Of a stretch of DNA of 32,000 nucleotides, positions 25,030 to 32,000 are shown piece by piece (position 1 is the first letter of the stretch; each line of letters starts with the position of its first letter). Position numbers and translations under genes: made by a program. The notes beneath the pieces were generated by a model. That model worked only from the letters and a program-made list of their open reading frames with translations. It searched no databases and had not been told where the DNA came from. The DNA comes from Wallemia ichthyophaga EXF-994 (lineage: Eukaryota > Fungi > Basidiomycota): assembly GCF_000400465.1 (NCBI RefSeq), contig NW_008806283.1, positions 30,001-62,000 of the forward strand, in the 5' to 3' direction.

Positions 25030-25036
25030 TATAAAA
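25030..25036 (+). promoter_or_regulatory. TATA box of the small secreted precursor gene at 25087
   Basis: TATAAAA about 50 nt upstream of the ATG at 25087, followed by a pyrimidine-rich leader. Confidence 0.55.
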
Positions 25037-25086
25037 TCAGCTCCACTTACTCTTCTTCCAATCAGAACCATCACACTCTTTTGAAA

Positions 25087-25360
25087 ATGAAACTTTCTAT
25101 CTTTGTCGCCTCAGCCGCCATCGCCTCTGCAGCAGCAGTTCCAGTTGCTGTGCGTTGTTAACTTTTTATCTCGTAATATCAAGCTGAATTAACGACAGCG
25201 TGAAACCCAAGCTGTTCCAGACTTGCTCCAGAACCTTGGCTTGACTCAAGACCAACAATCAGTCCTCGGAAATTTGCTCAAGGATCTCGGTCTCGTACCA
25301 CAAGATTTATCTTCAAGCAAGCGTGAGGCTGCCATCTCAGAGATTCAAGCCGGCCTCTGA
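25087..25360 (+). CDS. Small secreted Kex2-type peptide precursor, copy A (74 aa, intact)
   Basis: Exon 1 (25087-25149) encodes MKLSIFVASAAIASAAAVPVA, a signal peptide. Intron 25150-25198 is GTGCGT..CAG. Exon 2 encodes RETQAVPDLLQNLGLTQDQQSVLGNLLKDLGLVPQDLSSS-KR-EAAISEIQAGL*. Not in the ORF track. Confidence 0.8.
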
Positions 25361-26849
25361 ATTGATGTTGACTCATGATTCCCTTTTTATAAAATTCTCA
25401 CATGGCTATAGGATTTAGCTATGATTTACTTTATATCATTGTAATGATTTTTCTACCATGACTTTACCAAATTAATTCAGTGTCTTTGATATTAGTTCTT
25501 ATAACGATAGCGTGTCGCCATCTGCTTGCAACAGAATAATTGCAAGTCATGCTGGTAGAGCGCTGCCATTCTATGTCTTTCCGCTCAATTGAAGCCATTT
25601 GCGGATAAACGACAAGCAACGTTCGACCAACGAAAATCAAGACTGCTCAAAACAGCCATGGAAAATCGATGAGAGCTCTGTCATTTCTGAGCAAGCTAAA
25701 TTTGTTTTATGCATAAGCTGGAGATTGCTAGCTCCGGGAAATACCTTGTCGCGTGTTCAGGGACACGCTTAGAAGGACCTTTTTATCTTTCTTTGCGGAA
25801 TTTGCGCAAAATCTCTTCAAGACGACATATAAGCTCTTCACTCGTTTGCAACACTCAATGCAGTGATATTCATCATTTATGGCTCAACCATCGCTACACC
25901 AGAGTTACAGTAAGTGTCTGGCATTTTCAAAGCATGTGACTAACGCAAAGCTATAGCGCGATGGGCAAGCTGTCCCAGACCTTCTCGCTGCACTCGGGCT
26001 CACTCAAGATTATAAGGCTTCTTTACCAAGGTCGATGATTTTGTACCTAAAGACTCAACAGCTGAACTTAGACACCCACTACACCACAACTCTAAAAAAA
26101 GATTGAAGTTTAGTAGGAATTTTAGTGCTGAAATTTGTATCCCTATTGCCAAAAGCAGCCAAAACACGTTCTCTGAAAGCCACTTAGCAGGCAATCTCAA
26201 ATTTGTGGGGAATTGAGCAGATGAAACAGGCGGTAATTTTCATTGATTAGTACAACCATACATTTTTATGGCGAAACGTGTGTTTTTGATGTGTAGTAAC
26301 GAAGCAAAGATAACGATTGATAGACTTTCAATAACAATATAGTGTTTAGAGTGCATTATGCATGAGTTTATCTCAAACTATCATCTTTAGTGGCAATGGT
26401 GTTGAGTGTAGTCTTGTTGCAGGTTTGCGGATTGCTTGGATATACATATGTAAGCAAAGCTCGCTATCGATAGCTAAATGTAATCGCACGTGGTGGAGTG
26501 ATACTCGATAACATCCACGTCCTAACACGCCTCAACGATTGCCACAAGGGAGACTCATGATCGCGTATGCTTACACAATCGCGAATGATTAATTATCATG
26601 CGATCGAAAGCATTGGGTTCAGAAAATTTTAGACGCAGCGATCAAATGACGGAAAATATTAGCTAAATTGTTTCACATCAGCCGCGCACATCAGCCGTCT
26701 TCAATGTATGCAGCTAACCTGAAGACCGACTGTCACAAAAAATTCCTGTTACAAATTAAGGCACAGCAGACTAGAAAATCACCGCTGAAAAATATCCGTA
26801 ATGTTAGAACCTTTCAAGACAACCCTCATGTTCCTTAAAATTTCTGGAA

Positions 26850-27074
26850 ATGAAACTCGGAATCCTCGCCGTTGTAGCCGCCATCTTAGTCTTGACCATT
26901 GCTGTACCAGCAGCCATGAGTGTGCAGATTTTCCTCTAGCTCAGTTGACCATGCCTTTGGAACGATGAAGATCTTATTGAAGAACTTGTCGATGTCGATG
27001 GAGTAGCCGAAGATTTCGGAGCAATATTGTCCCAGACCGCTAACACAAACAACTTGATTGCTGACAGACATTAA
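26850..27074 (+). CDS. Small secreted acidic protein (about 57 aa)
   Basis: Exon 1 encodes MKLGILAVVAAILVLTIAVPAAM. A 51-nt GT-AG intron (26920-26970) removes two in-frame stops. Exon 2 encodes NLIEELVDVDGVAEDFGAILSQTANTNNLIADRH*. Not in the ORF track. Confidence 0.55.
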
Positions 27075-27264
27075 TGACTAGAATGTCAATGTGGATCTAA
27101 TCAACGCTTAGTGTTTTTAAATATATTTCGGATCTTTGGATTATCAGTCAATTTCTATACGTACGTCTCAAATTCGGGATGATCAATTCTATATTAGTGA
27201 AATGACGAATTGTTACAGGTCAATGAAGTATGTTATGTGCAAATTTTCAATGCGAGCCTCTCAC

Positions 27265-29293
27265 TTACGCCTTCAAGTTAAACCCAGCGAATAAATCCGA
27301 CAACTCATCTTCATCAGCTTGTGGCAGAGGAATATCTTTAGCTTTCTCGGCTACATCGGTCGGTGGTTTGGGTTGTGCTAGTTGTGATGATGGTGCTGCC
27401 TTTCGTCTCGCTGGGACAACTTTCGGCACTGGAGGTTTAGTGATGCGGGATGGTTTTGCAGCTTTTGTCTCGCCCGCTGGTGGGGGCTTGTTTGGCGGTG
27501 CATTCGGCCGCGACGAGACCACCTTCCTCTTTTGTAAAACCTTCGTAGGCGCACCTTTTTCATTCTTCTTCTCCTTTAGTGCGCCCACCGTTCCTTTGTC
27601 CTTCTTCGTGTCAGTTGACTTTGTGGGCGCTCTCCTTGCTTTCTGGCCCTTGTCCTCGACTTCCTCTTGAACCTTGTCCTTCTCTGTATCCTTCTCCTCG
27701 TCTTTACCACTACTGCCAATGTCCTTGCTTTTATTGTTCTTGCCTCCGTTGCTGTCATAATCCTCATCTTTATTAGCGCTGCTCTCACTCTGCTGTTTCT
27801 TGAGCGAGTTCCTCTCCTGGATATTGAGGATCTTGGCACGTACACCTGCGGCCATAGTTCTTCCAGTAGGCTTTTCCTGAGTCTCTTTACCATTAGACTG
27901 GAGTGGTTTCACCGCGAAGCGTGTATATCCAGCTGTTGAGGAGGTAGGTTGATCTGAAGCCTTCTGCTCCGTCTTCCTCAGTCCGATACCGGCAGCTGGG
28001 CGTCTAGGACCACTTGTGCTCGAGCCGACTGTGCTGCTACTACCACTACCACCGCCACCTGCACCACTGCTACTACCACTAAGCTTGGATATCGGCCTAC
28101 GTGCACCTGTGGTAGCTGTAGGAGTAGTGCTTCGCGGCCTCTCTGATGATTTTGACGACGAAGATGCAGGTTTGGTGGGCTGAGATACCACCCTGGATGG
28201 ACCACTGGTTGCAGTGGTCGGATGTCGCTGCTCTTGGGTGGATGAAGACAGCGACCGGGATGGTAGTGGAGGTACTTGGGGTGCAGGCTGCGAAGATTGG
28301 GCAGATTGTGCTGCTGATGTAGATTTTGAGAAGCGGACTGCACCAGTGTCACTGTTGGTATTGCTTGTACTTGCACTAGACTGCGTCGGTCGCAACGGGC
28401 CACCTGTACTGCTTGAAAGAGGCTCATTCTCATCATTGTCGGTGTCCAGGTGTTCTATTCTTTCGCGCTGTGGGCGTTGTGCTGGTGCAGGTGGCAAGGA
28501 AGGTTTTTTAGATTGATTAGCATTTCTTGGTGCGATCTGCAAGTATTTTCGTATAGTTGGAGTGAGTGGGTCAGTGAATTGATCCACTCTGTCAACGAAT
28601 TTGAGAGTGTACAGACCGTAAATACGCTTCGAAATAGCGCGTACATCGGCATTTGAGTCGGTGGCGCAAGCGCGCATAATAGTTTCGATATCAGTGATAC
28701 GAGATTTGAGAGATTGAGTGTCATAGCTCTCGATTGCAGTCAAGAGACCTTCAACTACAGCCAAACGCAAAGACTGAGCTTTGTCAGAGTAAGCATTTCT
28801 AAGGTGAGGGATGATTGAGGGTAGCCTAGTAGATGAAATGATAGTAATCAAGCATTTCTTAGCGCGTACTACGTATATCTTAGTACTCTTTGAAGTGAGT
28901 TTAAGTAGAGTTGGAATGAAAGTGGCACAGAAGGAATCAAAGAGTGAACCAAGCCGTGGTGCTATTATCGATAAGCAATCAACAGCCGCTGACATCACTC
29001 TTGATCTCTCACTGTTCAAAGCCCTAAGGAATCCCTCAGAGTGATTGCGTAGGATCTCCAAATAGATTGAATGCTTGTACCCGCCGCCGTTGGTAACAGC
29101 TGCTAACACTTTTAAAGAGTTCTCAATTTTATCCCAATTCTCCTCATTCTCGTGTAAGTTTAAGCTGGAAATTGCTGTAATCTTAGTTTCTAGTGCGGCT
29201 TCCGAATTCGTCTGCGAAAAAGAAATTAACAGATTTGAAGTAAGTGAAGAAAACACAAACCTCTATCACATCAGGCACCTGCTTCATTCCCAT
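27265..29293 (-). CDS. CLASP N-terminal (TOG/HEAT) domain protein, Stu1/CLASP-like, with long disordered basic tail
   Basis: Exon 1 (29293-29261) encodes MGMKQVPDVIE, followed by intron 29260-29212 and exon 2 (29211-27265). Motifs are ENEENWDKIE, LNSERSRVM, LLKLTSKSTKIYVVRAKKCL, DKAQSLR, ATDSNADVR and FTDPLTPTIRKYL, then an S/T/P/K-rich tail. Confidence 0.85.
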
Positions 29294-29345
29294 AATCGGG
29301 GCGTTTGATTTATATCGCCGTCGTTGTACTCTTGATAGAAGCGCA

Positions 29346-29423
29346 ACGCGTATTTACTCAATTTGGTAAATACAATTTGCTCATCGAGTAAAATAGTAGT
29401 AGTTGTCTCCTTGTATTACGCGT
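29346..29423. promoter_or_regulatory. Two ACGCGT (MluI cell-cycle box-like) sites upstream of the CLASP gene
   Basis: ACGCGT at 29346-29351 and 29418-29423, in AT-rich DNA 50-130 nt upstream of the ATG at 29293. Confidence 0.4.
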
Positions 29424-29924
29424 TAAATCACTTTCATTCTCATCGAAATATCCCCCTTATCTCTAACTTCCAGTCGAATTAGCTGAATAACGTAAAATAT
29501 TGGAATATAAGCTCAAATAACAACATTTTATCTAAATATAATTGCATCTCAATAATCCCTATCAAATGAGCTACTCGAACGTTTTATGCTTAGCTCCCGC
29601 GATCAATTCCGCTGCACCTCAACCTTTGGCAATAAAGTAGGCTGCTAAAATTTTGCAATACACACATATTCTGTTTTATAAGTGCTTCAAATGCATAATA
29701 TCGTCTGCAATGGTCATGACTTTATCTGAAAATTTTGCGAGCTGTAGTATAATGTCTCAATATCAATCAAGACCCAGTCATTACACGTCTCTGCCGTCTG
29801 CAAGTGTTCTTTTTATCGATGGTCCCTGGACCTTCCACGTCATATTGAGGCACTTAGAAAGGCATCCACGATATCAAGATTGATCGTACAATACAACTTC
29901 CACCCTTTTGCTTTGTCTAAATCA

Positions 29925-30375
29925 ATGAGTTTCGAAGTGTTAGATATTGCTGCCGCTGTACCTTTGGCTGTAAGTGCACAAACGTCCATTTGTACACCGT
30001 ATCATTGATGCACACTTGCGGGGCCAAGTTGAACCAACCAAGCGTAATGATTGTCTATTATTTGAACTCTAAGACAAAACAATTGATACTGATCCTGAAA
30101 ATTCAATTAACCTCTACACTAAGCGTGACGGTGGATCTCTTCAAGATCTGTCTGTAGCTGATCAAAATATACTTGAGACATTCGGTTCTCTGAACCGAGA
30201 TACTGCTGTCGGAAAGCTCCTCAACTATTTTGCTGCTAAATATACCAAGCGTGGAGATTGTCAACTGCTCGGTATTCAAAATAAAGCTATTCAACTCAAG
30301 ATTCAGAAGTTAATCGATATCTACACGAATGGTAATGAGAATCATCCAAGTATGGCAATCACGAGGATAATATAA
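29925..30375 (+). pseudogene. Kex2-type repeat peptide precursor, copy B (pseudogene)
   Basis: Exon 1 ends AAAVPLA then GTAAGT (29970), as in copy A. The expected acceptor at 30020-30021 reads GG, not AG. Exon 2 reads GQVEPT-KR-NDCLLFEL*DKTIDTD..YT-KR-DGGSLQDLSVADQNILETFG..KYT-KR-GDCQLLGIQNKAIQLKIQKLIDIYTNG. The TAA at 30070-30072 sits where the paralogous repeats have Gln (CAA). Confidence 0.75.
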
Positions 30376-31297
30376 TTGTTGTTGGAGCTCACGTTAACGA
30401 CATTCTCAAAAAGCGCGAAGACACTGTTGCGGAAAGACAAGCTGGTCTCTGAATTTTTCTCAGGGCTACGGGAAGCGCCTAAGAGCTTTCAAATTTCTAC
30501 TTAATTGTTATTGTTATCTTCCCACCTTTCACGTTGTACACATTTGTTAATTGAGTGAGTTTTAAATGAAAGCGCAATTGCGTCATCTTCGTTACAATCT
30601 TAATGTCTCGCTTTTATGGGGATGGTGACAGTTGATCGAGCTAAATTACGGAAAAATAATTCTTAAATGTTTCGAGGAACAGACGATTAGCAATGTATGC
30701 AAGGAAACCCACACTTACCAAGTCATTGAACAAACATTACATTACAGGCTAACCAAAGTTGTCTCTTTAGTGGATGCTCAGGTATTCATTAATACGGTAG
30801 CTTACAGAGCAATCGAAGAGCTTCACCACTTATAGGAGACACACGAAGGCAAATTACTTCATCAGCCCCATATCATGACAAATATTCGCTGATAGCGGCG
30901 TGCTAAGCGACATTACTTACTCGCACACAATATTTCGCAAAAATTTGAAGCAAGTGAAATTCATATGAGACATAGCTGTTACCATATGGTACCCATCTGA
31001 GAACCAAGCGTACCTGAACCACAATTTCATGCCGAGCAATTGCAGTCTAAAATTGGAAACCTTCTGCAATATGTATTGTTTCGAAACATCTTTAAGACAC
31101 TGTTGTTTTGCTTACTGGGACTAAGACGGGGTTAGTTAAGCATACAGGGTCAAGTATCTTACGTAAATAACGTCACTATTACATTGAACGATTGAAAGCT
31201 TGGCCGGGTTGGATAACCCATACTCTAACTTTAAGACTCTCTATTTTTAAAATAGCCACCAATACAATCTTTTTACTAGAATAACAAGGTAAGTACA

Positions 31298-31713
31298 ATG
31301 AGATTGTCTTTACTTGTCGTCTCATCAGTCATCTGCGCTGCTGCTTCTGTAGTGCTGTTTGCTGTAAGTTGAATAATACTTTGTCACTGCTAAAGTGAAT
31401 GCAGAATTACCTTCCAAATGATATAGCTCCCACCAAGCGTGGTGACGAGCAGCTGATCAGCCTTCAAGATGAAGCTATCGATCCTGATATCAAGCTTTTG
31501 GTCAAAATTATCTTCAACGGAACTGATTCATCCTCAACCAGCAAGCGCGATGACAAGCAGTTGATAGGCCTACAAGATAAATCGTTTGATCTTGACATCA
31601 AGGGTTTATCAAAATTATCAAAAACGGAACTGAAGAATCATCTAAGCGTGAGGTTGCCGCTCCCAAAATTCAAGCTGGCCTTTGAGCTGGCGTCTTCTGA
31701 TTTGCCTTTTTAA
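31298..31713 (+). CDS. Kex2-type repeat peptide precursor, copy C (1-nt frameshift in the second repeat)
   Basis: Exon 1 (31298-31363) encodes MRLSLLVVSSVICAAASVVLFA, followed by intron 31364-31404. Exon 2 reads NYLPNDIAPT-KR-GDEQLISLQDEAIDPDIKLLVKIIFNGTDSSSTS-KR-DDKQLIGLQDKSFDLDIKGL. Adding 1 nt at about 31609 restores KIIKNGTEESS-KR-EVAAPKIQAGL* (stop at 31683-31685). As written, the frame ends at 31713. Confidence 0.78.
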
Positions 31714-32000
31714 GTGATGTTATCGCAGCTGCGGCATGTAGCTAAGCGTTTTCTTTTGTATATAACACGTACTCTAAACTTTTTATTACAAATTAGTGTG
31801 TTAATTAGTGCCGCATTGTAATGTCTAAAAATAAAGCTGACTTGTCAATTGGCTGTGATGAGCCAAATTACTTTAAACTAGCTCTTCATAGCACTTCAAT
31901 GACTAAAAACTTGAGCAGAGCAATTTTGCTATAAGTCCGTAGCGAATAGGTTTGTGAAGAGCTAGAACGTGTTCATATCCTTGCTGGAGTTGTGTAGCGC

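Noticed and set aside
25358-25378. Stop-codon readthrough in copies A (TGA-IDVDS-TGA) and C (TGA-AGVF-TGA)
   Set aside because: The short extensions are not conserved in sequence, and the contexts (TGA-A, TGA-G) are not typical leaky ones.
25751-25768. Hairpin GCGTGT-N6-ACACGC as part of an ncRNA or tRNA
   Set aside because: The stem is only 6 bp and there is no cloverleaf or A/B boxes. This is expected by chance.
27230-29308. Many antisense or alternate-frame ORFs over CLASP, and likewise over CHS, GH78, TRA2, BOI1 and DUF2235
   Set aside because: These are shadows of real coding sequence or low-complexity codons, with no recognisable motifs.
29653-30835. Short ORFs 29653-29883, 30103-30294 and 30632-30835
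   Set aside because: No motifs or convincing gene structure. 30103-30294 is merely antisense to the copy B pseudogene.
25087-31713. Peptide precursors as ustiloxin-type (dikaritin) RiPP cluster
   Set aside because: No DUF3328/UstY, tyrosinase or other tailoring gene is recognisable in the window, and the repeats are long and divergent. Genes beyond base 32000 cannot be seen.

Overview
This is eukaryotic, gene-dense fungal DNA. The proteins look basidiomycete, and the mostly 41-55 nt GT-AG introns suggest a compact Wallemia-like genome (inference). Genes with intact frames: the 3' part of a class V/VII chitin synthase, two DUF2235 (Tle1-like alpha/beta-hydrolase) paralogues, RPL20, RPL18, a U5 snRNP 40 kDa-like WD40 protein, a Tra2-like SR/RRM protein, a Boi1/Pob1-like SH3-SAM-PH protein, an orphan 7TM protein, an L-arabinitol 4-dehydrogenase-like enzyme and a CLASP-N/TOG protein. 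Accessory genes carry lesions: a multiply broken SDR pseudogene and a GC-rich secreted GH78 rhamnosidase with one frameshift. The most interesting signal is largely absent from the ORF track. Between 25.1 and 31.7 kb there is a dispersed family of spliced, secreted, Lys-Arg (Kex2-type) cleaved peptide precursors: one intact, one frameshifted and one pseudogene, with shared repeat units and a shared KR-E..IQAGL* end. A fourth small secreted acidic protein lies among them. No rRNA, tRNA or CRISPR array was recognised. All calls were made by eye, with no database searches.
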